Both the position numbers and the translations under genes were made by a program. A stretch of DNA of 64,000 nucleotides, taken from Parcubacteria group bacterium Gr01-1014_20 (GTDB lineage Bacteria > Patescibacteriota > Minisyncoccia > UBA6257 > 2-01-FULL-56-20). The notes under the pieces were generated by a model. The model was given only the letters and a program-made list of their open reading frames with translations, made no database searches and was not told where the DNA came from. Location of the stretch: NCBI GenBank assembly GCA_007376265.1, contig VMFW01000002.1, positions 13,970 through 77,969 of the forward strand, in the 5' to 3' direction. Of this stretch, positions 1-9,208 are shown piece after piece (position 1 is the first letter of the stretch; every line of letters begins with the position of its first letter).

Positions 1-1431
1 ACCCGCGAGGGGTGGCTTGCCCTTCGGCCTATAATCTTCCAAATCGGGCAACACAACCGGCAAATCCTTCTCCGCCACCGGCTGGATTCCGCACTTTACG
101 CAGTGGGTCATCGGAATCGGCACCCCCCAATATCTTTGCCTCGAAACTGACCAATCCCTGATCTTGTACTGAACCTTCTTCTCCCCCTCCATCTCTTTCG
201 TAATCTCCCACCTAGCCTTCTCCGAATCCACACCATCAAACTTTCCTGAATCAACTAGGTGTCCTTCGCCAGGATAAGCCTCATCCAAAACCGGACAAGT
301 CTTCGCTGGATAATGCGGACAAATTACCATCTTTATCGGTAATTCAAATTTCTTCGCAAATTCAAAATCCCTCTCGTCGTGCCCAGGCACTGCCATAATC
401 GCCCCCGTTCCATACGAACCCAAAACGTAGTCCGAGAGCCACACGGGGATTTCTTCCTTGTTTCCAGGATTTACTGCGTACACGCCCGTAAAAACTCCCG
501 TCTTATCTTTTTGATTCTCTAATCTATCCAGCTCCTTTTTGCCCAAACTCTTTCGAATGTACTCTCTCACCTCTTCGCTTGTCTGCCATCCCACGTCAAT
601 CCATTTTTGCGCCAACTCCGGCGAAACCACCAAAAAAGTTGCCCCGAAAAGCGTATCTGGTCGAGTGGTGAAAACTTCCACCGAATGTTTCCGGTCCGGC
701 TGCCCAGGCACCTTGACTAAGGAAAATTTCAGAAGCGCCCCCTCGGATTTTCCAATCCAATCTTTTTGTCGCTTTATCGTCGCCTCCGGCCAATCCAAAT
801 TCTTCAAATCAGAAAGTAATCGCTCGGCATAATCGGTGATTTTCAAAAACCACTGCTCCATATCCTTCTGAACCACCTCTGACTTGCACCGTTCGCATAC
901 ATTTTTGCCGTCTTTCTGAACCACCTGTTCATTCGCCAAAACCGTCATATCGCTCGGACACCAATTCACTTTTGCTTTTGCCCGATACGCCAAACCTTTT
1001 TTATAAAGCTGAATAAAAAGCCACTGGGTCCATTTGTAATATTCGGGGTCGGAGGTATTAATCTCCCTCTCCCAATCATAAGACAGCCCAAACATCTGCA
1101 CCTGCCGCTTAAAGTTTTTGATATTCGCCGCTGCTACTTCCTTCGGATTTTTTCCAACTTTAATCGCGTAGTTTTCTGTAGGCAACCCAAAAGCATCCCA
1201 ACCAATGGAGTATAGAACTTCACGACCCTTCATTCGCATATACCGAGCGTGGACATCTTCGGCGATGTAACCCTTAGGATGACCCACGTGTAAACCTTCC
1301 GCTGAGGGGTAAGGAAAGGTTTCTAGCTGGTAGAACTTGGGCTTTTTCGATTTATCATCAGCTTTAAAGGCCTTAGCTTCAAGCCATCGTTTCTGCCATT
1401 TTTTTTCGATATTTTTAAAGTTATAAGTCAT
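1..1431 (-). CDS. leuS: leucyl-tRNA synthetase, N-terminal part (gene continues past the left edge of the window)
   Basis: My minus-strand translation from the ATG at 1431 reads MTYNFKNIEKKWQKRWLEAKAF...FPYPSAEGLHVGHPKGY (HIGH motif)...DWSVSRQRYWGVPIPM with no stop before position 1. The ORF track omits it because no in-window stop exists; the listed 29..211 ORF is an out-of-frame artefact. Confidence 0.85.
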   Translation of the reverse strand, partial: MTYNFKNIEKKWQKRWLEAKAFKADDKSKKPKFYQLETFPYPSAEGLHVGHPKGYIAEDVHARYMRMKGREVLYSIGWDAFGLPTENYAIKVGKNPKEVAAANIKNFKRQVQMFGLSYDWEREINTSDPEYYKWTQWLFIQLYKKGLAYRAKAKVNWCPSDMTVLANEQVVQKDGKNVCERCKSEVVQKDMEQWFLKITDYAERLLSDLKNLDWPEATIKRQKDWIGKSEGALLKFSLVKVPGQPDRKHSVEVFTTRPDTLFGATFLVVSPELAQKWIDVGWQTSEEVREYIRKSLGKKELDRLENQKDKTGVFTGVYAVNPGNKEEIPVWLSDYVLGSYGTGAIMAVPGHDERDFEFAKKFELPIKMVICPHYPAKTCPVLDEAYPGEGHLVDSGKFDGVDSEKARWEITKEMEGEKKVQYKIRDWSVSRQRYWGVPIPMTHCVKCGIQPVAEKDLPVVLPDLEDYRPKGKPPLAG

Positions 1432-1618
1432 TTTTTATGCTTGCCCGTCCGTAGCTTTACGCGAAGGAGGGCCATTTTTCTCTATTTTCTTAAAGTCGTA
1501 TTTAGCCACGTTTTCTAATGATATTCTAAAAATCAGCTGTTCGCAAAAATTGACCGGACCAGCAAATTAATATACGATCGCAAGAAGTTCATTGAGATAA
1601 AAACCACGGGGAGGGTAA

Positions 1619-2038
1619 ATGAGTGATTGGGTAAAGCGTGGCCTGGGAATTGAGACATCAAATGAAATTGCCACGGCCGTAATCGTAACTGCTCGCGAAG
1701 CCACTAAAATTACTAAAGAAACCCACGAAGCGGTCAACCTAACCATCCCCGACCCCCTTATGATGGGAGACGATATCCTCGATGCGTTCGCAATTATCTG
1801 TTCAAAAAACGGCAGGTCCTTGCCGAGAAAAACCGTAGCTCTGATAGTTGATGACGCCATCTACGAAAACCTGGCCGATGATTCGAAAGAAATCAGAATT
1901 AAACTCTTCGACCCCCAAATCATGTCAATCACCGAAATTGAATTCGGCAAGATTGCGACTAAACTCGGAGTCGATGTTTCCATAGAAATGCCCGAAGAAA
2001 CCTCCGAGACAAGTGACGAGGCTAGCCCAACCGGCTAG
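1619..2038 (+). CDS. hypothetical protein, 139 aa, acidic C-terminus
   Basis: Clean ORF, GGGGAGGG just upstream of the ATG, divergent from leuS; no recognisable domain. Confidence 0.5.
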   Translation: MSDWVKRGLGIETSNEIATAVIVTAREATKITKETHEAVNLTIPDPLMMGDDILDAFAIICSKNGRSLPRKTVALIVDDAIYENLADDSKEIRIKLFDPQIMSITEIEFGKIATKLGVDVSIEMPEETSETSDEASPTG

Positions 2039-2062
2039 CCTCTTTTTTATCGTAAAAACAAA

Positions 2063-2100
2063 AAACCCGTTCCAGTAGCTACCGGAACGGGTCATAAAAA
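2063..2100 (-). terminator. rho-independent terminator hairpin (near-perfect palindrome AACCCGTTCC..TAGCTA..GGAACGGGT) between convergent genes
   Basis: Long inverted repeat centred on TAGCTA; a U-tract follows on the minus strand (TTTTTTGTTTTT), serving the 2116..2418 gene. The same CCCGTTC/GAACGGG stem recurs at 47995..48025. Confidence 0.6.
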
Positions 2101-2115
2101 AACCGACGTCACTCG

Positions 2116-2418
2116 TCACGCAAGGAGCTGTTTTGCCCTAGTGCGAATGGTCTCTTCGACTCTCCCCTTATATCCTCCTGCGAGAAACGGCAGGTTTCCT
2201 TCAACAGTCACATCACGGGCAGTAACCGTTAAGGTACCGGAAATACTGAAACCCATCACTGTAAAACTGAACACCCCCGAGTTACCTCTCCACTCCTCAT
2301 GCAAGTCGTTAACCTTGCCCGCGTACTGCGCTTTGACCTGGTCCAAGAGCTTCTTAGTTCGAGCGAGCGCCTCTTCTTGGGCAAGACAGTGCTTTTCCGT
2401 AACTACGATTTTCGGCAT
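2116..2418 (-). CDS. small conserved protein resembling the PHA-granule-region family (TIGR02610-like pattern IxVxxxHxL...WxGN..F.....G..ISG)
   Basis: 100 aa: MPKIVVTEKHCLAQEEALARTKKLL...EEWRGNSGVFSFTVMGFSISGTLTVTARDVTVEGNLPFL. The family match is recalled from memory, not searched. Confidence 0.4.
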   Translation of the reverse strand: MPKIVVTEKHCLAQEEALARTKKLLDQVKAQYAGKVNDLHEEWRGNSGVFSFTVMGFSISGTLTVTARDVTVEGNLPFLAGGYKGRVEETIRTRAKQLLA

Positions 2419-2520
2419 ACCCCTCCTTCTCCTATTCGCACAGCGTTTGAATTTTCCGACTAGATTTTAGCATAAAAACAAAATATGTCAAACCTGAATT
2501 TTACGATCGCACAATCTAAC

Positions 2521-3399
2521 CTATAACCTGAAAACCGTTTTAGCATTTCCCCAAATTTGATCGGCCATCTCTTCTTCAGAAACTCCTTTAATTTCCGCCA
2601 GCTTCCGAACCACGTAAACCACATACGCCGGTTCATTTCTTTTTCCCCTAAACGGCTCTGGTGCCACATACGGCGCATCCGTCTCTGATAAAATCCGATC
2701 CATCGGAATCATCTTGATCACTTCCTCATAAGCACCAGCCTGCTGCCCGGCCTTCGGCGGGAAAGTTATCACCCCCCCAAATGTAAAGGAAAATCCTAAA
2801 TCCAAAAGTTTCTTAGCGTCCTCGATTGTCCCGGTGAAAAAATGAATAACTCCCGGCTTATCGTTTAACTTAGCCTTATTCACCTCGAGAATTTCAATCA
2901 AATCCGAAAACGCATCTCGACAGTGAATCATGAGTGGCTTTTTAACATCAAACGCCAACTCAATCTGACTCACAAAAGCCTCCGCTTGCCGTTTTTTGCT
3001 CCCCTCTCCCAATCTAAAGTAATCCAATCCACACTCCCCTATCGCCAATGTCTTCGAATCCAATGCTAATTTTTTGTAATATTCGTAATCAAAATCTTCG
3101 CCTCTTGAGGTGAATCCGCCTTCATCACCACCAGCACCCAGCTCCTTAACGTCATGGTAAGATTTCTCCGTATGAATCGGGTGCAAACCCACCACCGCCC
3201 ACACGTCCTCTGCGAATTCATGAGCTACTTCCACTGCCTTCGCCGAAGTGTCTTTCTGCGTCCCAACATTTATAACCGCAACGCCGGCTTCAAGAGCTCG
3301 GCCAATTACTTCTTTATAATCCTCTTTAAACGCCGCAAAATGCGCGTGCGTATGGGCGTCAACGTACTTGGTTTTAGGCATATTTGAAAATATTATCAT
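2521..3399 (-). CDS. tatD: TatD-family metal-dependent hydrolase/DNase
   Basis: YVDAHTHAHF metal-binding motif near the N-terminus, TIM-barrel hydrolase pattern, and GECGLDY. The true start is probably MPKTKYVD at about 3381. Confidence 0.85.
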   Translation of the reverse strand: MIIFSNMPKTKYVDAHTHAHFAAFKEDYKEVIGRALEAGVAVINVGTQKDTSAKAVEVAHEFAEDVWAVVGLHPIHTEKSYHDVKELGAGGDEGGFTSRGEDFDYEYYKKLALDSKTLAIGECGLDYFRLGEGSKKRQAEAFVSQIELAFDVKKPLMIHCRDAFSDLIEILEVNKAKLNDKPGVIHFFTGTIEDAKKLLDLGFSFTFGGVITFPPKAGQQAGAYEEVIKMIPMDRILSETDAPYVAPEPFRGKRNEPAYVVYVVRKLAEIKGVSEEEMADQIWGNAKTVFRL

Positions 3400-3449
3400 A
3401 AGGCGCTAGGATAAAAATAGACCTTAAACAACTAGAAAAGGAGGCAAGC

Positions 3450-4178
3450 ATGACGGCTCAAACCGCAACGGTAACCTGGTATGGCGCTTTTGAACTCAAG
3501 CGAGACTACCAGAAACACCTTCGCTACGGCATCACCTTTGCCGCACTCTTCGCACTGTCAGTACTCGGAGCCTACAAAACTCTCGTCACCGAAACCATCG
3601 CTAAAAACGAAATCATCACTGTTTACGAACCACCACATCCGGTTCCACCGCCCCGAACCAGAGATCGCGTGCCTTTGCCGCCAATAGTCACTAACGCCGC
3701 TCCGCCAGTGCCAGTAATCGGCATCCCCACTCCAGTACCCGATGCAGAAGTTGCAGAATCACCAGTTTTTCCTACGAAGAACGAAATTGCCAACACAGGT
3801 CCTTTCTCTCCTGAAGGCACGGGTACAGGCAATAACGCGATAGTCGACGTCCCCAACGGAAACTTCGGCGACTACTTTCCAACCCCAGACGAATTCATGG
3901 CTGTCGAAGAAATGCCGGTCATGATAAGCAAGGTCTCACCCGTTTATCCCGAGGTTGCCTTACTCACCAATCGAGAGGCTACGGTTTGGATCAAAGCCCT
4001 GATTGACAAAGAAGGCAGGGTTCGGGAAGTGCGCATCGCCAAATCCTCTGGATCAAATGTTGGTTTCGACGAGGCCGCTCTAGACGCTGCCTGGAAAAAC
4101 CTCTACAAACCAGCCATTCAAAACGGCCGCCCGGTTGCGATCTGGGTTACGTACCCAGTCGAGTTCAAACTCAAATAA
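3450..4178 (+). CDS. TonB C-terminal-domain protein (N-terminal TM anchor, Pro-rich spacer, TonB_C domain)
   Basis: TM helix GITFAALFALSVLGAY, spacer PPHPVPPPRTRDRVPLPP, and C-terminal PVYPEVALLTNREATVWIKALIDKEGRVREVRIAKSSG...NGRPVAIWVTYPVEFKL typical of TonB_C. Confidence 0.7.
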   Translation: MTAQTATVTWYGAFELKRDYQKHLRYGITFAALFALSVLGAYKTLVTETIAKNEIITVYEPPHPVPPPRTRDRVPLPPIVTNAAPPVPVIGIPTPVPDAEVAESPVFPTKNEIANTGPFSPEGTGTGNNAIVDVPNGNFGDYFPTPDEFMAVEEMPVMISKVSPVYPEVALLTNREATVWIKALIDKEGRVREVRIAKSSGSNVGFDEAALDAAWKNLYKPAIQNGRPVAIWVTYPVEFKLK

Positions 4179-4244
4179 AGGAGAGGCGTCATGAACCACA
4201 CCTGGGGTAAACGCTGGGCTCGTGTGCTCGGCTAAAACCATAAA

Positions 4245-4271
4245 GGCGCGGAAACAAAACCGCGCCTTTTT
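4245..4271 (+). terminator. rho-independent terminator GGCGCGGAAACAAAACCGCGCC + T5 (copy 1 of a duplicated module)
   Basis: 7-bp GC stem, T-run; identical 28-mer at 5299..5327. Confidence 0.65.
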
Positions 4272-4335
4272 CTTTGACGTAGCAAAGAAAAATCTATAAG
4301 ATACCAAAACCAGCAACTTAACAAGGAGATTATAA

Positions 4336-4998
4336 ATGGATAGTCCCAAACTAGCCGCCTTGGATTGGAACGGCACTACTCTCAACGATCGAAACTCCGC
4401 CTGGAGAGGAATTAAGGCCATTTTCAATCACTATCAGATCCAAGCCCCTCAAGCCGATAACTTTTTCGATAGCTCCCAACCCGACTACCTTCCTGTATAC
4501 CACCAACACGGAATCCCCAAGCACGCCAGCAAAGACGATCTAAATAAAATCTGGCAAAGACATTATGGAGACTACACCAGTGATGGCCAGCTAAGAGAAG
4601 GTGTTATTGAGCTTCTCGAGTTCTTAAAAAATCTGGGCATAAAAACCGCCATCATTAGCGCCGAGTTTGGGCCAGTGCTCGAAAAAAGACTCAATCAATT
4701 GGAACTCCGCGAACTTCTTGATCTGGCCTGGGGTGATTGCCTCGACAAGAGTCTAGCCCTCGCAAAGGCCGCAAATGAACTTGGTATCCCCGCGGCCAAA
4801 GTCATCTACGTCGATGATAACTACCACGGCCTGATCCAAGCTAAGGCGACCAAAGTAATAACCGTTGGCTTTACTGGTGGGTGGCAGTCACCCAGCAAAA
4901 TCAGCCAAGCCAACCCTGACTTTCTAGCTTCCAACTTCTACGAAGTTAGGCAAGTCGTTGAAACCCTTCGGAACCTTCAAGAACAAGGTGCTACATGA
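4336..4998 (+). CDS. HAD-superfamily hydrolase
   Basis: N-terminal LAALDWNGTTLND (HAD motif I variant DxNGT), later KTAIISAEFG and VIYVDDN motifs; RBS AAGGAG. Confidence 0.6.
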   Translation: MDSPKLAALDWNGTTLNDRNSAWRGIKAIFNHYQIQAPQADNFFDSSQPDYLPVYHQHGIPKHASKDDLNKIWQRHYGDYTSDGQLREGVIELLEFLKNLGIKTAIISAEFGPVLEKRLNQLELRELLDLAWGDCLDKSLALAKAANELGIPAAKVIYVDDNYHGLIQAKATKVITVGFTGGWQSPSKISQANPDFLASNFYEVRQVVETLRNLQEQGAT

Positions 4999-5297
4999 AA
5001 TACAACAAACTGGTCCGAGACAAAATACCGGACATCATAAAAACAAAAGGTGGAGACTCAAAGACCCATCTCGCCACACTAGAAGAATACCTATCAAAAC
5101 TCGGAGATAAACTTCGAGAAGAGGTGGAAGAATTCCTGAAAGACAAAAACCCGGAAGAGTTGGCGGATATCCTCGAAGTCATCAAAGCGTTCGCAAATCT
5201 CCAAAGCCTAACACTCGCTGACATCGAAAAAATTCGAGCAAAAAAAGCCGAGGAGCGTGGTGGATTCGAAAAACGAATTATCCTCGAAGAAACCTAG
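4995..5297 (+). CDS. MazG-like / phosphoribosyl-ATP pyrophosphohydrolase-like nucleotide pyrophosphohydrolase
   Basis: 100 aa all-alpha: MKYNKLVRDKIPDIIKTKGG...EELADILEVI, the characteristic KLVRDKIP N-terminus of the PRA-PH/MazG-like family; ATGA overlap with the HAD gene. Confidence 0.65.
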   Translation: MKYNKLVRDKIPDIIKTKGGDSKTHLATLEEYLSKLGDKLREEVEEFLKDKNPEELADILEVIKAFANLQSLTLADIEKIRAKKAEERGGFEKRIILEET

Positions 5298-6751
5298 AGG
5301 CGCGGAAACAAAACCGCGCCTTTTTTTACCTCCAAATTCTTATCGTCTATCCAAACGATACTCTGAGAAATTTTCCCTGCAGTCTCTGGCAAAAACGGCT
5401 TAAGCAACCCCGCCACGTTATCTAAAATTACAACTAAGTTCAAAATTTCCTTTTTCTTAGACTCCGCCTCTTTCCAAACCTCGTGATCATTTACATATTT
5501 ATCGCCGAAAGAAATAAGTTCGTTTATAGCCCCAATCGCCTCGTGTAGTTTAAATTCATGAATTTTCTTGTCGAGCAAATTTCTGGCGGCCTCGATTTTT
5601 TCCTTAACCGAAGTTTCAACCTTCGAAAATTCCACCTCAAATTTTCCAAATTTTGAAGCTAGGCCTAAAACTCTGGCCGAGAAATTGCCTAAACCATTCG
5701 CCAATTCTCCGTTATAAACTCGCTCTAGATTAGCAACGCTAAAATCTCCGTCCTCATGCGACGGCACTTCTTTCAAGAAATAATAGCGCAGAGCGTCCGT
5801 ACCGTATTTTTTGACCAATTCAATTGGGTCAATCACATTGCCAACCGACTTAGACATCTTTGCTCCCTCAATCGTCAGAAATCCATGCACTAAAATGTGT
5901 TTTGGTAACGGCAAACCTGCCGACAAAAGCATCCCCGGCCAAATCGCCGCGTGAAATCTCAAAATATCTTTCCCAATTAATTGCGCATCCGCCGGCCACC
6001 ACTTTTTCCAGTCTTCGTTTCGGCCATATCCAAGCGCTGAAATATAGTTAGTTAACGCATCGCACCACACGTACATCGTCTGACTAGGATCTCCCGGAAC
6101 CGGCACTCCCCAGGGCAAATCCTTACTCGGCCTAGAAAAACTTACATCTTCCAAACCCTCACTAATCAAAGCCAAAATTTCGTTCGCTCGCCCTTCAGGA
6201 ATTATTCGTAATTCATTATTCCTAATTCGTAATTCTATTTCTTTAGAGTATTTTGATAGTCGAAAGAAATAGTTCTCCTCCTCCACTACCTCCGGCTCCC
6301 TCTGGTGATCTCGGCATTTGCCGTCTACTAAATCTTTTTCGGTAATAAACTTCTCGCACCCTACGCAGTAAAGCCCTTTGTAGTTCTTTTTATAAATATC
6401 GCCGGCCTCAACCAGTTTTTTCCAAATCAACTCCACTCCTGGCCAATGCCTTTCTTTATCGCTCGTCCGAATAAAATCGTCCCAGCTTAAATTGAGCGCG
6501 CCTTTTAGCGCCTTGAAACTCTCCACAATTTCATCCGTAAACACCTGCGGCTCTTTCCCGGCCTCTTGGGCTTTTCTGAAAACCTTCACTCCATGTTCGT
6601 CTGTGCCCGTTAAGTAAAAAGTTTCAAAACCCTTAGCCCTATGATACCGCGCCAAAACATCCGCCTGCACCTTTTCAAGCGCGTGCCCGACATGCGGAGG
6701 CGCGTTCGCATAATCAATCGCCGTTGTAATGTAATACTTCTTCTTTTCCAT
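5294..6751 (-). CDS. metG: methionyl-tRNA synthetase (short form)
   Basis: HVGHALE (HIGH-like), CVGCEKF...CRDH zinc knuckle, KMSKS motif, C-terminal LFPRL. Confidence 0.9.
   Translation of the reverse strand: MEKKKYYITTAIDYANAPPHVGHALEKVQADVLARYHRAKGFETFYLTGTDEHGVKVFRKAQEAGKEPQVFTDEIVESFKALKGALNLSWDDFIRTSDKERHWPGVELIWKKLVEAGDIYKKNYKGLYCVGCEKFITEKDLVDGKCRDHQREPEVVEEENYFFRLSKYSKEIELRIRNNELRIIPEGRANEILALISEGLEDVSFSRPSKDLPWGVPVPGDPSQTMYVWCDALTNYISALGYGRNEDWKKWWPADAQLIGKDILRFHAAIWPGMLLSAGLPLPKHILVHGFLTIEGAKMSKSVGNVIDPIELVKKYGTDALRYYFLKEVPSHEDGDFSVANLERVYNGELANGLGNFSARVLGLASKFGKFEVEFSKVETSVKEKIEAARNLLDKKIHEFKLHEAIGAINELISFGDKYVNDHEVWKEAESKKKEILNLVVILDNVAGLLKPFLPETAGKISQSIVWIDDKNLEVKKGAVLFPRL
5299..5327 (+). 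terminator. terminator hairpin GGCGCGGAAACAAAACCGCGCC + T7 (copy 2); it overlaps the last 10 codons of convergent metG
   Basis: Identical 28-mer to 4245..4271; its minus-strand translation gives the metG C-terminus KKGAVLFPRL. Confidence 0.6.
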
Positions 6752-6810
6752 GGGAGTGTTCGCTAATAATGCTAATTCTAACCAAATAACGCAAATAGGT
6801 CTATAAAATA

Positions 6811-6849
6811 AAAAAATGCCCCGCCGGTTATAAAAACCAAACGGGGCAT
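6811..6849 (-). terminator. rho-independent terminator (ATGCCCCG..CGGGGCAT) for the 6854..7420 gene
   Basis: 8-bp stem followed on the minus strand by TTTTTTTATTTT. Confidence 0.7.
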
Positions 6850-6853
6850 GAAG

Positions 6854-7420
6854 TTAGTCGCAGTCCAAAGTCGCTGCATAGAGACCGCTTGAGCAGGTTT
6901 CGAGCCAAACGTACTCGCGAATCCACTTCCCTGCCTCTTGTGGGTGCCATATGCCACCAACCGCCAGATTTCCCTTCCGATCCTGATACGTCGTTGCCAG
7001 AAACAGGATAAGGCAGGCTTCGTTCCAGTCCTCCGGAATCAAATAGGGATATTTGAGCAAATAATCCAAAACATTTCCATTCAAAACCGGCTTTCCCCTA
7101 AATTTCTCCATCATTTCACTTGGGCGACCAAGGTGAAGATCCCACGCTGACCAGAGCTTAACTCCCTTTGGATTCCACATGATGGGCTTGCGCCTAATGT
7201 GGCTGATGATTTCCCAACCTTCTGGCTTTGAAGGTTCAGCGCGACAGTTGATCACGTGCCTGCTCAAGTCAACGTGATGACCAAGCATGAAATCCCGAAC
7301 ATCAGAAGCAGTGTGTCCTTCGCAGAACCGCTTAACCTCGTCACTACTCCAACCAGCCTTTCGAAGCGCCAACTTGATCTCGTTGGCCTGTCCGACATCG
7401 AGTGTTTCAAGCGCACTCAT
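6854..7420 (-). CDS. hypothetical protein, 188 aa, Trp-rich, GC above background
   Basis: Strong RBS GAGAGGAGACGACT before the ATG; no recognisable domain. Confidence 0.55.
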   Translation of the reverse strand: MSALETLDVGQANEIKLALRKAGWSSDEVKRFCEGHTASDVRDFMLGHHVDLSRHVINCRAEPSKPEGWEIISHIRRKPIMWNPKGVKLWSAWDLHLGRPSEMMEKFRGKPVLNGNVLDYLLKYPYLIPEDWNEACLILFLATTYQDRKGNLAVGGIWHPQEAGKWIREYVWLETCSSGLYAATLDCD

Positions 7421-7617
7421 AGTCGTCTCCTCTCATCGCGACAATGTTCTCTAACCACAAGAACTGCGTCGCTTCTAAAGCAGTCGTCCGATTCCGTCGG
7501 AACACGGGATCCTTGGCTCTCAAGGAACTAGCCATCTTATACTACTTCCTAGTCGTCCCGTCAACCGTCCTCCCCCTTCAGTTTCAAGAAGGTTGAGGAC
7601 AAAAGAATAGAAGCTGG

Positions 7618-7757
7618 AAGTTTATTTGAGAAAGCTCTCGGAGGCACAAAAGCTTGGCTCCCCTGACGTTACGTCGGGGGATTTTTGTGCCGAGAGGCAG
7701 CGGGCAATTTTCGCGGGAAAAATTGAACCGCGATTTTGAAAAGAAACTTCCGAGCGA
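7618..7757 (-). repeat. structured intergenic element, copy 1 of 3 (abuts the 3' end of the M16 peptidase gene)
   Basis: Shares TTTATTTTGAGAAAGCTCTCG..GCCGAGAGGCAGCGGGC core with 9071..9196; outer stem CTCTCGGAGGCACAAAA/TTTTGTGCCGAGAG with inner hairpin CCCCTGACG/CGTCGGGGG. Confidence 0.55.
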
Positions 7758-9023
7758 CTAGAATTTCAAAATCTTCCTGAAACTCTCACTTTCTTTGTAT
7801 GGCCCAATCACCGCCAAGTTAAGTCCTCGATCCACAAAAAGCGTCTTCGCCACCGCGCGAATCTCCTCCGCCCTAACCGCTTTCACGTTTTTAATAACTT
7901 CCTCTGGCTCTTTGGTTTTTCTCGTAATTATCTCTTGCCCACCGTAATAGCTGGCCAAATCGTCCGATCCCTCAAGTCCCAAAATAAAATTCCCGATTAA
8001 ATGGTCTTTAGACTTCTGAAGCTCTACCTCCGGCACCAATTCCGTAGTCAATCTTTTCATTTCTTCCAAAACCGCTTTTATAACAATCTCAATTTTTAAG
8101 TGATCCACGCCAGCCGCGACCGACATATACCCATGGTCCAGTGTTAAATCGGAATCAGCTTTCACATAATAGGCCGCCCCTAAATCATCTCTCACCTTGC
8201 GAAACAATCGCGAGCTCATCCCTCCGCCCAGAACGTTCCCCAAAACTTGAAGCGCGTGTCGCCTCTTATCAAAAACATCGAAAGCTCGGACTCCTAGTAC
8301 TAAATGGCTCTGGTCTGACTCTTTAAATTTTATCGAAAGCTCCGGCTTAGACTGTTTTTCAGTTGTCTTCAGCTTCTTAGGCGCCGGCAATTTTTTCAAA
8401 TGGCCAAAAGTTTCCTTGATCTGTCCCAAAACGTTTTTCTCTTGAAATGCTCCGGCCACGACTACCACCGTCTTCGACGCCACATAGTGTTTGGTTCGGT
8501 AAGTTTCAAACTGATCCCGCTTAAGCTCCCTAATCACCTCCTTTCTCCCAGCGATATCCCAACCTGCCGGTTGATCACCATACAAAAGCCCCGAAAAAAG
8601 TTCGTGCACCCTCCTCATCGGCGTGTCTTCATACATGTTAATCTCCTCAATAATCACGCCTCGCTCTTTCTCAATCTCCTCCGGAATAAAAATCGGATTT
8701 AGATATAAATCCGACACCAAATCCAACGCCTTTGCAATTTTCTCTTTCTGAACCTTAGCGTAATAACCCGTATACTGCCCTCCCGTGAAAGCGTTGTACT
8801 CCGCCCCCAAGCTGTCGAGTTCATTGGCAATCATCCCCCGTTTTGGTCGATTTTTAGTGCCTTTAAACATCAAATGTTCCAGGAAGTGGGACAAGCCATT
8901 GATATTTTTCGTTTCGTATTCCGACCCAGCCTCAACCAAAATCAAAACCGTCGCCGCCAAAGTGGATGCCTGCGGCACCAAAATCACCCTCAAACCGTTC
9001 TTTAAAGTTAACTTTTTATGCAT
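7758..9023 (-). CDS. M16-family zinc peptidase (insulinase-like)
   Basis: Inverted zinc motif HFLEHLMFKGT (HxxEH), 421 aa, two-domain M16 layout. Confidence 0.9.
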   Translation of the reverse strand: MHKKLTLKNGLRVILVPQASTLAATVLILVEAGSEYETKNINGLSHFLEHLMFKGTKNRPKRGMIANELDSLGAEYNAFTGGQYTGYYAKVQKEKIAKALDLVSDLYLNPIFIPEEIEKERGVIIEEINMYEDTPMRRVHELFSGLLYGDQPAGWDIAGRKEVIRELKRDQFETYRTKHYVASKTVVVVAGAFQEKNVLGQIKETFGHLKKLPAPKKLKTTEKQSKPELSIKFKESDQSHLVLGVRAFDVFDKRRHALQVLGNVLGGGMSSRLFRKVRDDLGAAYYVKADSDLTLDHGYMSVAAGVDHLKIEIVIKAVLEEMKRLTTELVPEVELQKSKDHLIGNFILGLEGSDDLASYYGGQEIITRKTKEPEEVIKNVKAVRAEEIRAVAKTLFVDRGLNLAVIGPYKESESFRKILKF

Positions 9024-9070
9024 TAAGTCTATTTATACCAGAAAAAACTCGAATACAAAAATTTCGAGGA

Positions 9071-9196
9071 TTTATTTTGAGAAAGCTCTCGAAGGCGCGA
9101 AAAGCTCGGTCTCCGCCAAAGCGGGTTTTTCGCGCCGAGGGGCAGCGGGCGATTCATCACCGGAGTGAATCGAACCTCGGTTTCGAGAAACATATC
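9071..9196 (-). repeat. structured intergenic element, copy 2 of 3 (between the transglycosylase-like gene 3' end and the M16 peptidase start)
   Basis: Homologous to 7618..7757 with compensatory changes in the outer stem (CTCGAAGGCGCGAAAA/TTTTCGCGCCGAGGG versus GGCACAAAA/TTTTGTGCC) and different terminal hairpins. Confidence 0.55.
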
Positions 9197-9208
9197 CTCA
9201 AAATACCT

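Noticed and set aside
29-211. 60-aa minus-strand ORF from the track
   Set aside because: It lies out of frame inside the leuS coding region, whose own frame gives the conserved DWSVSRQRYWGVPIP motif here.
1432-1618. Possible T-box leader upstream of leuS
   Set aside because: No AGGGUGGNACCGCG T-box sequence or specifier/antiterminator architecture was found in the minus-strand leader.
4080-4427. 115-aa minus-strand ORF spanning the tonB-like 3' end and the HAD gene start
   Set aside because: It crosses a terminator hairpin and two well-supported plus-strand genes, with no RBS; it is a reading-frame artefact.
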